Origin: the human T2T-CHM13v2.0 reference genome, Homo sapiens
Length of the DNA stretch: 64,000 nt
Strand: one strand, 5' to 3'
NCBI RefSeq assembly: GCF_009914755.1
Contig: NC_060942.1
In this document: positions 23,626 through 38,283 of the stretch, piece by piece
How positions within the stretch are numbered: the first letter of the stretch is position 1
Layout: every line of letters begins with the position of its first letter
The notes under the pieces: model-generated
The model's input: only the letters and a program-made list of their open reading frames with translations
Databases searched by the model: none
Told to the model about the DNA's origin: nothing
Position numbers and translations under genes: made by a program

Positions 23626-25424
23626 ACTCCTCGGTGGGTAAATCTCTTTACGTGAGTGGACCAAATCCCCCCTAGAACAGCTGTAAATCACAGAGCCCTG
23701 AAACCACGCCTTCCCACATGACCATTGCAAGTCCCAAAGCATCGCAGTGAGGCGTGCCAGAGGCCAAGTCCGGCACACACACGCCGCTCAGTTCTTCACT
23801 TGCTCGGTTTTCATGATGAGCAGACAAGGAAAGGACAGCCAGGCAACTGAGGAGATAGCAGGGAAGGAAGGAAATCATCACGAACGGTGGGGAGAACTGC
23901 TCACAGCTGATGTGTGTGTCTTTATTTTCAAAGCGGCTGCTGAGTGTCTGGCCCAGTACATGTAAAAGAAACAAGTGATTATAATATTTTGAAATGTCAG
24001 TAAAAGGAGAGATTCCAAAATCTTCCCAAGAAAAAATAAATAAATTGTTATCTCCAAAGAAATGAATCAGGCCATTAGTAGATTTCTCATCAAAACCAAA
24101 ATCCTTGGGTCACTGTTTCCACAGTCCTAGAGGGGACAGGCTTTTACCGAGAATTCCACGCCCCACCAAGCTGACCAGCGTAAGGCACCGTCTCTGGGAG
24201 ACGATGACCTCTGTGCACATCTTCACTCCAGTCGAATGACGCAAGACACTCAGGAAGAGAACCCAAGAGGGGCTCCCGGGAAGGGTGGCTCTGGGCATCA
24301 GAGGCCTGGAGAGCAAGCAGGCTCCATACTCCAGAGAAACAAAGCTACAGAGAGACAGACGCCTGGGGCCACCACAGGCAGGAGCAGGTGATGTCCATGA
24401 TACAGCAAAGACTGTGGAAAGAAAAAGAGGGAAAAGAGGCTCTAATGGAAATAAAAAGCAAATAAAAAAGAAGGAAGCCGATTAAAGAGAATCGCATTAC
24501 TACAGGGAGTATGAGTCCCACAGCAGTTGTGTACACAGTGTGCCCTGGAGTTGCGCAGCTCATTGCCTGAGCCGCCGCACAGTCAGCTTTGCAGATAACA
24601 GGTCCTGGAAAGCCAGATGATCTGGGAGATAAACACACCACAGCCTACCACGTGGTCCCTCAGAGAACACCTTCATATTCACAGTAGCATGAAAACTTCC
24701 TCCTGACTGTCAACTTTCAGAATCTATTAATTGACAAAGCTTAGAAAACTTAAAAGCAATTGAGGGGAAAAGTAAAAAAGGGTTGTCAAATTTGCCAACT
24801 TAAACATAAAGGTTCCAGAGGATGGAAGTTAGGAAGCAGAGTGGGGGAGGTGACATAAGCAAGCCCAGGAGGCCCCCCTCTTCCGAAACAGCCAGTTAAA
24901 CATCCAGGATGGCAAAAGCAGGAAATGGGTGAAGGCGTGCCCTGGGCAAGGTTTCCAAGGAGGTGCTGGAGCTCCGGGTCGGGAGTAAACCAGCCAGATC
25001 CTGTCACAGCAGAAAAGCCACCACAAGGTCTAAAAGGAGCTGTTGGCAGGTGATTGCATATGATAAATATTAAAATCCTAACATGAGATTCAGAGTGGTC
25101 AGGGACATTTGTTTCATTGTGAATTCTACACACCACGTAATCCACTTAATCTACCAAACCAGGTGCCGATATTAGTGTGATATAATTAAACAACATATAC
25201 GTTGTAAAATCCATAAATCTTTTATTATGGATTCACTTTAATTTTTAAAATGAAAGTAAGTCTGTATGTTGTTTTAAGTTGGAAGTCACTTTTGATTGCT
25301 TCTGCAAAATGAAGATCATTTAGACAAATCAAAAATATAAAATATGACTTTTTTTCTTTTTTGGCGCCAGTTGAAATTCATTTTCTCTCTCTCCCTTTCT
25401 CTCCTCACATCCAGCCCCCAGCTC

Positions 25425-25478
25425 CCTAACACACATTCACGCACACATATGTATGCACACACACACACACACACACAC
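25425..25478 (+). repeat. (CA)n microsatellite
   Basis: Direct reading. Confidence 0.9.
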
Positions 25479-28094
25479 TTTTTTTTAAAAGAAATCAGTT
25501 GTCATCTGGCACATGAATTCAATAAGGAGATGTAAAACTGACAGCTCTTATTATCACCCAAGGCAAAATGAGGCAGACCAACATTTGGAGATCTGCTTAA
25601 GTTAACATATCAAATATTAGTGTCAAATGGAAATAAGGGCAGATAATTTTAGAGAGTTGTTATTACATGACATTCAAAATCATATGCTATGTTCTGCAAC
25701 ACTCAAAGAAAGATAAAAATGAAAAATGAAGTTAATGAAAAGTTATTGCCTTACTGAAGACTGCAGAATCAGGCACTTTACATTAAAATAAAATCTTTTT
25801 AGAACACTAAAGCTTACAGAAAATAATAATTTAAGAGTGAATCGCCCTAATGGAATACTCTCAATCTCATGTCCACAAATAGTCTTCCCAGCTGAATCTG
25901 AACGCTCTATTTTTATCATCACACATGATTTATAAATATGACTTTTTGGAAGCACTGTCAGGCGCTCACAGAGGAAGGTGGGCACTGCCTGCACGTTGGG
26001 CTCTTTATTTACACGTCTTTGCCGGAGCAAGAGAAGTGTTTGCTTTGAGACCCACAAGCTTGTTCGCCACCATCGTCCACACCTTGCGTGATTGATCCAG
26101 GCCAGCTGCACCCCACGTGCAGTACGCATGCAGTGCCTTTATGCGGGACGCTGTGTCAGTACGAAACACAACTTTCTGTTTCCTCTTTGTATAACTGGGA
26201 TTTTACCACGGCGATTGCCAGTTTACTGGTTTTCTGAGTGTTACCGCGCTGGTGTGCGTGAAGATGAACTAGGTAACTCAGACCTCTGGGATATATGTCA
26301 CCTTTCCTTGAAGCTGGAATGTGGAGTCTGCAGTGTGGCGTGCCGGGTGCTCCCTGAGCACTCATGAAATACGGTGCACATCCACAGCTGTCTTTCTAGA
26401 GCCTTCTACCTCGGATGCTCCATGGCCTCTTAATTGGTGTCTCTGTCAGTCTTGACATTGGTATCTAGCTTCTGGCAGTGAAGACCCTTTCATCTCAAAC
26501 CCTTCATTTTCAAAGGCAATTTCCTTGCTTACAGAATGCACTCCGGATTCAGCCTCTCCGTGGAGTCAGGTTCAGCCCCCACCGAACTCCTCTTCCTCAG
26601 AATGATGGTCAAATAATTCCGGCCTCACTCCAACCTTCTGTCTGCTCAACGCTTCCCCTATAGCATCGGTTTTCTAATCTCCAGTATCTCAATTCTCACC
26701 ATTTTAGGACAGAAAAACAAGTTTGCATTTTACTGCTGTCATTCAGACGGACTGAGTCCCTTCCTTACTGCCACGGTTATGACGAGAGATGAGCCCAGGT
26801 CCCCATGATGGTGGGCAACGTCTTGCTGAGCCCGGGAGGCCCCCGCACACACTGAGCTGCAGCTTTTCTGAAGTCTCCAGTCACAGAATCCCACTGCGTC
26901 CTCTGATGCCAGCAGCACTGGGCTCAGCTGTCCCCTGATGGCAGGAGATTCCAGCTGTAGCCACCACTCGGGCCTCAGATGGTGGTCATTGTCCTCCTTA
27001 GCCACTCTGTACCAGAACACCCTAGACCCTGTTCCCAGCATCGCAGAGCACAGATGTCACCAAGGCAGGGGGTACTTGGTGAAAGGCCCAAAGGGAGAAC
27101 CTGGCAGGGAGGAGCAGGCACCGGTGCTGAGCACATGCCCTGCCTCTCTGGGTGCCTCTGGGCTCCTCTCCTCTGCCCGCCATGGGGCAGGTGTCAGCCT
27201 CTCTGCCCAGCCCCAGCCTGTGGACAGAAAGCCTCGGCACAGGACTGTGAGGGCTAGGATGAGACGGCACGTCGGCCTGAGACTATCCCAGGTCTCAAAG
27301 TCCAGATCACACACTTTTCAACAAGCCTCCTGTGGAAGTTCCACCACAGGCCATTCTGGGGCGTCCTCACGCCAGCCCCTGGGTCCCTCTCACCCACAGT
27401 CACTTTCTTCCACGGAGATCCTGCCTGGTCCCTCAGGACAGCCTCGAAGCATCCATGGCTCCTCCCTCTCCACCCACCTCACACCACCCCCTGCCCAGTT
27501 CTCTTTGAAAGGTCATGGATGGTGGGGATGATTCTCATGAAAGAGCACAGCAGAGGCAGCTGGGTCCCTGAGGCCACCTCTCCTCTCCCTGCCCTGGTGA
27601 CGGCAGGACCCTGATAGCGGAGTCCCCAGCTGTGCACCCTAACAGCAACACATTGTGTGGTGAGGCGTTTTACACACTAAGTGGCAAGTCATGTCTCTAG
27701 GGCTTACTGGTGTAGACACGGGCAAGGTCAGGGCAGTCCCAGGACCCCTCTGCTGCTCCTCTCAAGCATGTGCTCTATTTTACCTTGCCTTCCCTCCCTT
27801 CTCTGGATTCCAGGGGCACTTCTTTTCTGTCAGCTTTATGGAGGTCTAATTTTCATGCAATCAGGTCCACCGACTTAAGAGTAAAATCTGGCGAGTTCTG
27901 GCAGATGTGAACAGCCGTGCAGTCCTCACTCAGCCGAGATGCAGAATCATTCCAACAACCAAAGGCCCCTGCTGACATCTGCATTCAGTCCTGGGGCCTT
28001 GGCTGCTGCTATCCACTGTCTGTCACTGTGGCTCCATCTTCACTAAAATTGTATATCTTGTGCAGTCTTGCTGGCTTCTTAAATTTAGCATAAT

Positions 28095-28364
28095 GCACTT
28101 TGGGCGACTGAGGTGGGCAGATCACTTGAGGTCAGCAGTTCAAGATCAGCCTGGCCAACATGGTAAAAGTCCATCTCTACTAAAACTACAAAAATTACCT
28201 GGGCATGGTGATGCATGCCTATAATCCCAGCTACATGGAAGGCTGAGGCAGGGGAATTGCTTGAACCCAGGAGGCGGAAGTTGCAGCGAGCTGAGATCAG
28301 GCCACTACACTCTAGCCTGGGCATCAGAGGGAGACTTTCAAAACAAAACAAAAAAAAAAAAAAG
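28095..28364 (+). mobile_element. AluS (Sx/Sz-like), 5'-truncated by ~30 nt
   Basis: Begins at gcactttggg; has both arms and an A-tail. Degenerate TSD aaatttagcataatg / aaaattaccgtaatg. Confidence 0.92.
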
Positions 28365-29101
28365 AAAATTACCGTAATGACTTTTGCAGTTCATCCACAT
28401 TGTTGTTTATATCAGAGGGCTTTTTCTCCTTTTATAGCCAAATTTATTTCATTGTATGTATAGCTCACAATTTGTTTATTCATTCTCTAGCAAATGAGCA
28501 TTTGGGTTTTACCAGTCTGAGCCAAATGTTTGTATTTCTCTTGAGTAAATACCTAAGGATAACTTCTCTGGGTCAGATGGTAAATATATATTTAAATTAA
28601 CAATAAACTGCTGCACTGCTTTCTAAAATGGCACTTTTTTTGGCATCACTGTCATCAAAGCCCGAGAGCTCCAGTCACTGCGCATCCTGGACAGCTCTTG
28701 GTGTGCCCACACTCGTGACCATTCAAGTCAGGCAAGTGGCTGTGTGGTGGCATCACTGTGTCTTCATCTGCATTTGCCTACTGTGTGACAGGGCTGAGCA
28801 CCTCCTCCTATGCTCATCTGCGTTCCTGTATTGTGTTGAGTGAAGAATCTTTTAAATCGTTTACCCGTGTTTTCTCGGGTATCTTGTTTTCTTATTATTG
28901 AGTTGTAAGAGTTCTTTTCACAGTTCTAGGTAAGAGTGCTTTGTTAATACATGTTTACAGATACTTTCTTCTAGATTTTGAATTGCTTTACATGTCCTTG
29001 TTTTTTTTTTTTGAAAAGATTTAATTTTCATAAAATCCAATTAATTATTTTTTAAATATTTTCTGAATTCTGTGTCTTCTTAGGAAATTTTTGTCTAATC
29101 A

Positions 29102-29405
<304 letters not shown>

Positions 29406-30829
29406 TATCTATATATTTTTTTCCATTTTTTCTAAAAGTTTACAGTCTTAGCTTTAATACTAGGTTCATGTATGATGTATTTTGAGTTTACTTTTGTATG
29501 AGATGAGGTAAAGATAAAATGTGTGTGTGTGGACAAATATACATTTGTATAAAGATATCCAATTGTTTCAGCACCATTTATTGAAAAGATTATCCTTATT
29601 TATTGAATTGACTTTCTGCATTTGGCAAAGTTCAGTTGGGCCTTTACATATCAGTGTATTCTGGAATATTCTGTTCTACTCACCTATATTCCTATCTTTA
29701 TGCCTGTATCATACTGTCTTGATTAAGGTAGCTTTATAATAAGCCTCAAATCTTATCATAAGGTGGTATAAGTCCTCTGACTTTGTTCTTATTTTTTAAA
29801 ATGAGTTTGATTACTCTGGCCCATCTATATTTTTATACAAATTTAAACATCAGCCTTTTTACCCAAAAAAACCCCACAAATAAACCTTAGGATTTATATT
29901 GAGATTGCATTGAATGTATACATTGATTTAGGGAGAACTGACATCTAAATAACATTGAATAATCGAATCATGTTGATGACACTTTCTCCATTTATTTAGG
30001 TTTTTTTTACACTCTATCAGAAATATTTTATGGTTTTCAGTACAAAAGTTTTATATGTAGCTTGTTAAATTTCCCCTTAAATATCTTGCACTACTTAAAT
30101 ATCTTGATGCTACTGTAAATGGCATTTTTAAGATGAATTTATAACTGTTTATTGCTGACATAAAGAAATACAACTCACTTTTGAGTATGTTGACCTCATA
30201 TCCCATAACCTTGCAAAACTCATATATATTAGCTGTTTTAAGTGGATTCCTTAGAACTTTCTACAGAAAATCTCCTGTCTTCTTCACAGAAAGACAGTTT
30301 TACTACCACTTTTCAATATATGCCTTCCATTTTTCTTCCTTGCTTTGTTTCTGGCTAAAACATCAAGTGGGATGTTTAGTAGCAGTGGTGAGAATGGACA
30401 TCCTAGCCTTTGTCTCATGCTTAGGGAGAAAGCATGATTACACATGACGTTAGCTGTAGCATTCCATGGATACTCTTATTTGGTTAAAAATGTTACAACC
30501 TAATCCTAAAATGTGGAAACTTAGTGTTTTCATAGGTGTTGCCTTTTACCAGATACTTTTCAGCCATATTGACATCATCACGTATTTTCTTTTTTAGTCT
30601 CTTGATATGGTGACTGCATTGGTTGATCCTTAAGTATTAAACCAAACTTGCATTCCTATAACCCCACAAAAAAAGACATATTATCTTCTTTCAATCCAAT
30701 CGCTTTGAAACAGCTTTGGCTGAGATGAGCAAGGCATGCTGCTAGACCCACAGAACCTCTGCAGCCCTGCTCCTAGCTGACCTGTTGGCAATGCAGTCAT
30801 GGCTCTCCCTTTACTCACACCCTCTCATC

Positions 30830-31280
30830 TCCTGGCATGAGCAGTTCTGAAACCTCCTCATGTCCCTCTGACTTCTCCCTTTCCCATCAGCCTCCTTTGT
30901 TGCTTTCCTATTCTGCCTCCTACACCAAAATCCATGAGGTGTCCCCAAAGCTTGCTGCTGAGTTGGCTTCTCCTTTCTCTTTGGACCTCTCCACTGAGGA
31001 TCTCTGACAGTGTCTGTGTGTTATCAATATCATATGTGTGTGATAAGGAGATAGAGATGTATATCTCAAAAGTTAAATCTTCGGCTTAACCGAATCCAAA
31101 CATCCACCACAATTATTGTTTGTCTTCCAAACATCTGTGTTCCCAGAAATCCAACACTCTCCCTTTCCTCACTCCACCGTGCACCTGTCCTCTCCCAGGC
31201 CACCCAGGAGCCATATTCCATCATGATCCACCAAGACTCCTCCATAGCCCCCAGGTAGGTTTTCCATATCCAGGCAGGAC
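30830..31280 (+). mobile_element. L2 fragment
   Basis: Pyrimidine-rich L2-like text (gaggtgtccccaaagcttgctgctgagttggcttctcctttctctttggacctctccactgaggatctc); diverged. Confidence 0.45.
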
Positions 31281-32169
31281 AGCTACTGTGTGACAATTGT
31301 GTTCTGGGATCTGTGTGGGGGTGAATAAGAACAAAGACTCTCCTTCACCATCTGCACCTCCCTTCATCCTTTCTGTAGGGATGGCCCCATGCTGGCAACC
31401 TTATGTGCACCTGCACCGGCCTCCTTGGTGCAGGCTGATCTGAGCAAGGGTGGTGCACCTGTGGCCCTCTATGGTGTGAGAAGCTGGAGCCATCTCCCAC
31501 TAAGCCCCCATTAGCCTGGGAAGCTGTCAGGAGACAGAGTCTCATCACTTCCTGTGTTCTGATGAGACACGGGGCTTTCTGCCACAGCCGCTCAGAGCTG
31601 CTGCATGGAAACCCCTGCCACAGTCAGCTGGACTTGCTCCTCTGCCACAGTGTGGACCCCAGGTCACCCTGTGGTCATCTGGCCCTGTTTGTTTCACTAT
31701 TGCCCTTTCTGCTGTGTGGACAAGGGCCTAAGAGCTGGCACTTTTCAATTTATTTGGGAGTCATAAGCTCTTAGAACCTAAAAGTGGCTTACTGTGTCTG
31801 TGCCAGCCGATCTTTCAGGCCTTAGCCAGGCCTTGTCTCATGTTTGGCCATGTCCATTGGTGCTGCTTCAGGCTTGGTGACAACTTTCACAGGTGACTTG
31901 TGATGTAGGTGTAAGAAATGGCCTTTACCCACTGGAGGTCAGTGAGACTCCCAATTTCCACCTCATCCCAGAGCAAGACGTGCCTGGCCAGGACAGCTGC
32001 TAGGCATACAGGGACAGCCTGGGTGCCACGTGTCTCCCTCCACAGTCCTGCAGACCCCACAGCGGGTAGAGAGGGGGCCAGCCAGTGGGCGGGTCATCAC
32101 ATCTGGGTAACTGGCACCCAAGTATGCTGTCCCTTCCTCTCAGTCACCTCCAGCTGATGCTTCTCTTGT

Positions 32170-33210
32170 CCCGTATTTTTCATTTTCTATCTTAATTTTT
32201 AACCCATAAGTTGGGTATCATTAGGATGTCACCCTGGCCAATGTCCACTTGGACACCTCTGCACATTTACCATTTTCTTTACCTACAATCTCTTCTCTAC
32301 CTCAGACCGTTCTCCTGGCATTATTTTCTTTCTTCCTGGGCTTCATTTACTAAGAGTTCTTTTTGTGATTATCTGATAGTAGTAAAAGATTTCAGTTTTC
32401 ATTCTTCTGAAAACATAATTGTTTCATGATGTTTTCTTGAAAGACAGAATTGTAGGATGGTTCTCTTCCCTTGGAACTTCGAAGGAAGCCTTGCACTGCC
32501 TTTGTCTTCCATGGCCGCAGGGCAGCAGTTAGTTGCAAGTCTAATAGTTATTTCTCAATCGGCTGACGTTCTTTTCTCCGGGCTGCTTTTTAAAGCCTCT
32601 CTTCATCACTGGGACCTGCAGTTGGATGAGGATACAGTGAGGAGATGGTTAAGGGCATGAATTTGCTCACAAGTCCTGCTTGAGATTCACTGGACCTCTT
32701 GAATTGGATGGCTGGGGTCTCATTAATTCAGAGAAATTTTTACCCTGTCTCCTGCCTCTCCTTCATTTTCTCTATCTTCCTGGAACTCTGACCAGGCTTA
32801 TATTAGATGTTTGCATTCTATAATCCATGTTTTTGATTTGTCTTTTGTATTGTCCATCTTTTCTTTTCTCCCTTTCTGTTGCATTTGGCTTCATCTTTTG
32901 ACTCATCTCCTCTCTTTAGCTTTGATTAATCACGGTTAAATCCTATCAGCATGCTTTTAATTTAAGTTATATTCTGTAAGTTCTATTTGACTTTTTTCAA
33001 ACCTAGTCCACTTAAATGCCTCTTGTGACTTCTTTTTTTTTTGTACCCAATTTTATTTCTTTAAACATGCATGCGCTGTGTGTTATATATGTGATCTTTT
33101 AATGCCTGCATTCCGGATGGGTCCTGGTCACTTTATGGTCTCAGCCAGTTGATGATCGTGGTGGTGGTGGAGTTTCTTGATATATGTAGTGACTTTGGTT
33201 TCAAATTTGT
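32170..33210 (-). mobile_element. Ancient L1/HAL1 ORF1-region fragment
   Basis: atctgatagtagtaaaagatttcagttttcattcttctgaaaac; cttgcactgcctttgtcttccatgg; cttgagattcactggacctcttgaatt. Confidence 0.6.
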
Positions 33211-34344
33211 GTTTCTCAGAACTACTCCGTACAAGGTTGTTGAAACCTAGGTTCAAATTTGTTAATGCAGCATGTTTGCCAAATCGCCAACCCTCATAAT
33301 TAATAATTATTACACATTTGAACTTACCAATTAATTGTAGCAAATTCACCCTCCTCAGTATTGTTGGCAATAGATTGGATCTTTCTACTTTTCCAAACAT
33401 TTAGGACATAGCTGAGGAATTACACATTTTTACTAATAAAACATGTCTTCTATTTGTTTATCATATTCTGGTTTTCTGTAAGACTTTAAGACTTTATTTT
33501 TTTTAATTTAGATGTTAAAAAGAACATTTTTTAAAATACGCGATTCTTGGGGAACAACCTACCTTAAAATGCATTTTGGGAAGTAGATGACTGTATGGAC
33601 TGATGATAATCTGCTTCCTGCATCGAGAACATGATTCTGGCTGAAATAAATTCCAATGACTCTTGCACATAAATAAAAAATTCAGCTGAATATTTTTTAG
33701 AAATATGTTTAGTTAGACAAGGCTCTAGAAGACAGAATATTGTCTTTGCAGATTCTAGAACAAATCAGTTTGATCATCAGAATTACCTATGAATTCTTTT
33801 TTATGTTTCTTTGTGTGGCTGTTCTGCTGCAGACAGCCCAAGGGCCAATATTTGAGAGGCACTTTACAAGCAGAAAAAGCACATTTTCTATAACCCAGTG
33901 AGATAAAATGCAATTTTATTGAATAAAATAAAAGCCTGTCCTATGATACTGCCCTTTACATTAAGTGTATTTTTGCCAACACCATGCAAATATGCATTTG
34001 GAAGGTGTCCTCTTTGTAGAAGCCCAGGTTGGCGTGTGGGCTGCAGGGGGCGGTCTGGCTGAGGCCACGCAAGAAGCTGGAGGGCTGCGCTTCAGGAGAT
34101 CTGCCAGCCTTTTTTGCGGCAGGGAAGATGTCGCTAAGTGCAACCAGCTAATTTTAATGTAAAGGGAGCATGGCTCTAAGTTAATTTAATTAATCAAGCC
34201 TCTACTGCAAGAAACAATTGGGTGCTATGGACAGAGCCATGACAAGACAATTCCACTACCCTAATATGACGGCTGCGGTTGAGATTTTAGTTAGATATTT
34301 ACCATGGTGATTTTAAGAAGTGATGTCTTGGAATTACAGTAAAT

Positions 34345-34408
34345 ATTTATATGTATACGTATAAATATATATAAATACATACATATATACATATATATGT
34401 GTGTATGT
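34345..34408 (+). repeat. (TA)n-rich microsatellite
   Basis: Direct reading. Confidence 0.85.
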
Positions 34409-35065
34409 TACCTGAATTCCAAAAATATGACTATTGCTTAGTGCTTAAATCTTATTAAGGTATTAAACCTTCACCACTCTACTTAAACATCATGGCTTCC
34501 AACATGAATTAGGACTCTAATAAGCATTAAGAAATAATCATATTTTTGGAAATCAGGTAATTTATAAGGTTTTGGTTTGGTTGGTTGGGTGGCTGGGTGG
34601 GTGGGTTTTTGGTGGGTTTTTTTTTGATAATTTCTTATCTAACTAGCTAAATTATTATTGATTGTGGATATTTTGGTAATATAAGGTCTAAATTTCAATT
34701 TAAGACATAGTCATTCACATGTTTGATTTGCAGCACCTCTCAACTGCTTCTATTCATTTGTAGCAACTAGCCATACCTAACTGAGAGTGATGAAGCTAGC
34801 CAAGAATTTGCTAAAAAATAAATAGGTGCCAACTGCATTCATATCATAAAAGAAGTGCATATTCAACTGTCTTCATGGTCAGTCTAAAAGTTAGCCTGGC
34901 TTCTCTGTCATTTTTAATTGTGACAGTTCATTCATTTCCAGTCCACAGATGGGGATACTGTGGGTGGTTGTAAAATGACTCAAGTCTTGGAAGTATATTA
35001 TTCTTTAGATGAATAGCTGTTGTTTTGATTTGCTTATGTTTATTCTATGTTTCTTGAAGGAAGTT

Positions 35066-35397
<332 letters not shown>

Positions 35398-36879
35398 TGA
35401 AGGAAGTTATAAAAATTGACTTGATCCCCTGGTGTGCATACATCTGAGTGTTTTCCTCTGAAGATCTCCTGTAGCTTCCTGGTTGAGACCCCGCTTAGCA
35501 ATTCCCGTGCCGAGGTTAACCATTTAGTGAGGAACGTGGGAACTCTGAGCCTGACTTTGGCCCCTGAGTGCCCTGCTGGAGTTGCACAGTGGCAGAGTCG
35601 AGTCCAAGGGTGCCGGAGCCTCAGCCAGTGGCATCTTTGTGACAACTAGGTCAGCACAAAGGAGCAGGGGGATTAGAAAGCTATTTGGAAAAGGAGAGAC
35701 CTGGCCCTTGCTTGTTAAAATGTAGAAACCTATGTAGCACTCATTTATTGTAGAATTTATTTCGGTTCTCTGTGATGTTAATGAGATATGAAAAGCCTTT
35801 TCTCTGTTTGCAAGGTATCAGCGCAGTAACATTAGTGACACAGAATCAGCTCCAGTGAATGGGAGAGAAAGTTCACCTGCACTACAATTTATAATTGGCC
35901 TACTCAGGGGACCTAAGTCTTTTTGCAAGAAAACTAGAGCAGTTTGTGCTTTCAAATATGTTCCTTTCAAGCTTGCATTGTCACAGAGAAGGTCTGAAAG
36001 AATCCGATTGCATTTAATTCAGACTTCAGTATTCTAGTCTGAAAAGACTCAAAGAAGAAAAGAAAGAAGAAGAAAAAAAAAATCCCTCAAGCTTCTATAA
36101 GGCCGGCGTGTGACATCAGGATTGTTGGCATAAAAGCGCCCTTGTGACAGACATCATTATATCATTGCAGGAAGGAAAAGAATGAATAGGTCCCCCAAAT
36201 ATTTCTGGCCAAGTTCCAAATGTATGCAGTTTATGGCGACTCCTACGAAAATCTCTCTGCTTTCTGGGGTAATGCAGGACTAAAGTGGGGGCCCATTGGG
36301 GAGCACTTTATTTTAAGCTTCCATCAATGGGTGCTTAACTACTACTAATTTGGAACAGTGGCTTGGGGAACTATATTTGTGAGTCACATACATATCAAAT
36401 GATTCCACTGTGATTGGTTTTATTGCAATGAATGCTGGGGAGGCGTTATTGATGGGAAGAGGAAAGAAGTGGGCTGTGCTTGTGTCGCTCTGCTGAGCTG
36501 AGCCACTTTGAGGCTAGAGAGAGCCCGGGGGGTCCCTCCCACAGGCCCTGGAGAAAACCGACGGTGATAAAGGAAGCCGCCTCGATTGCACTCCTTTGCT
36601 TCACGCCAGAGAAACCAGAAACAAACAGCCTTGACCTAAATATTGGCATTGATCACTGCATTTCTTTTCTTTTCTGACTAATTTTAGGAAGCTGGGAATC
36701 TATGTGAGCGACGCTCAAGTGCCACAACAGTGGGATTTCAAATGCAATGTTGTGGCTCCGTACCAGCACGGAGTCATTTTCTGCCTAAATCCTCCTGGGA
36801 ACGCCCCACTCTGCCCCCATGTTCTCCCTCACCTGGACTTTGGAATTCCATGCTGGGGCCGTCTCCAGCCTCCCCATCA

Positions 36880-37440
36880 CCAGCCCCCCCAGAAAACCTA
36901 GCAGAGCCAAACCCAGACTATCGCTCCCCTCCAAGCTCCAAGTTTCTCCTCCACCTGGAAAGCAGCCCTTCGCCAGCTGGTGACATTTGCCAGAAACCGG
37001 GGACCCTTCCCTGGCCCTCCTCATGCAACTGTCCCCTGTCCTGTGGGTTTTTGCTCCAGATTGTGTCCCGAAACCAGTTGTTTCCTTATCTCCACTACCA
37101 CTGGATTCATTCCCACTTCTCGCGGTCTCCAATCCGTGGTCTTCTAAGAAGGTAAATAATGTCAGGCTGCCGGTGCTCAAAACCATTCTCACCTCTTACA
37201 GAGGAGCTCCAAGGTCCCCGAGCAACTGTGTGTCCTCTGGGTCTGATCCTCCCTCCCTGGGCTGTCTCGTCTCTGCTGCTGCACTCTACCCCATCCCTCT
37301 GGCAGACCTGCAGTCCCCAACACACCGGCTCCCCTGCCAGCCACACTCATCCCACCCACCAACTTCAATGCCACGGCTGCTGACATGAACCAGGACGCAC
37401 GCTCCAGGCTTTCTTGCCACCCCATGCTTCTCCTTTCCAG
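36880..37440 (+). mobile_element. L2 3' region fragment
   Basis: gccagaaaccggggacccttccctggccctcc...tgtcctgtgggtttttgctccagattgtgtcccgaaaccagttgtttccttatctccactaccac follows the L2 3' consensus layout. Confidence 0.55.
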
Positions 37441-38283
37441 CATTTTCATGATGTATTTTATATCTTATCTACCATGCAAGAGTTGTTATGAGGATTGGGA
37501 GAAAATACACAGAAATGGTTAAGTATGTTGAAGGTGTTTGTGACCAATTATTTCATATGAAATTACTAGTAAATGTAACTGCATCCAGGGCTCCTTTGAA
37601 TGTTGGGGCAGAACTATTAGCTTGTCATGACTTTGGGGTCTTCTCATCACGACATGAGAAGTTGAGGCACAGCAGCCCGTACCAGGAGGGCCGTGTTCTG
37701 GGGGAGTTTCGGAGGCAGCACCCCTGTCTCTGTGCCACGGCCCTGGTCCTAGCGGCACCCACCCCCGTCCCCCGGCACTCTTGCTACATGGCCCACCCCA
37801 TGGATCCATCATCCACATCCACTCACCTCACACTTCCTACCCTGAAAGGTTCACTCAACAGGGAAAACAGGAGCCAGAAAACGCCCCTCAGAGGGGACCT
37901 GCGGGCGGAGGCAAAACCCCTAGGTTTCCAGCCTACTTCCTAGACAGTGAGTCTTTCACGCATCCTCCCCCAACTCTGTGAGACCACTGCTTCCGCAGCC
38001 GCAGGGAGGAGCTCCTTCTAGTTTCGTGCCTTTCTTCCCATGGCCTTTTCCTCAGGCCCGTGGTCTGCTCTTGCTTCTTTCCTTCCTAGCTACCACTCCT
38101 CCTAAATACAGCAAGGATGCACTCCGTTCTCACCCTCCTAACCACCATGGCCCCCCAACCTCAGTGATCACAGACACATGGCAGGAATGGTGTTATGTAT
38201 GGCACCAACGCTCAGCTACAGCCTTTCAGAACTGGACTCACATCATTCACGGGGAGCTCCTGCAACCACCTGTTCTGAGAAAG

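Noticed and set aside
26938-27531. 197 aa ATG-initiated ORF
   Set aside because: GC-rich, no recognisable domain, overlapped by ORFs in other frames; length is plausible by chance.
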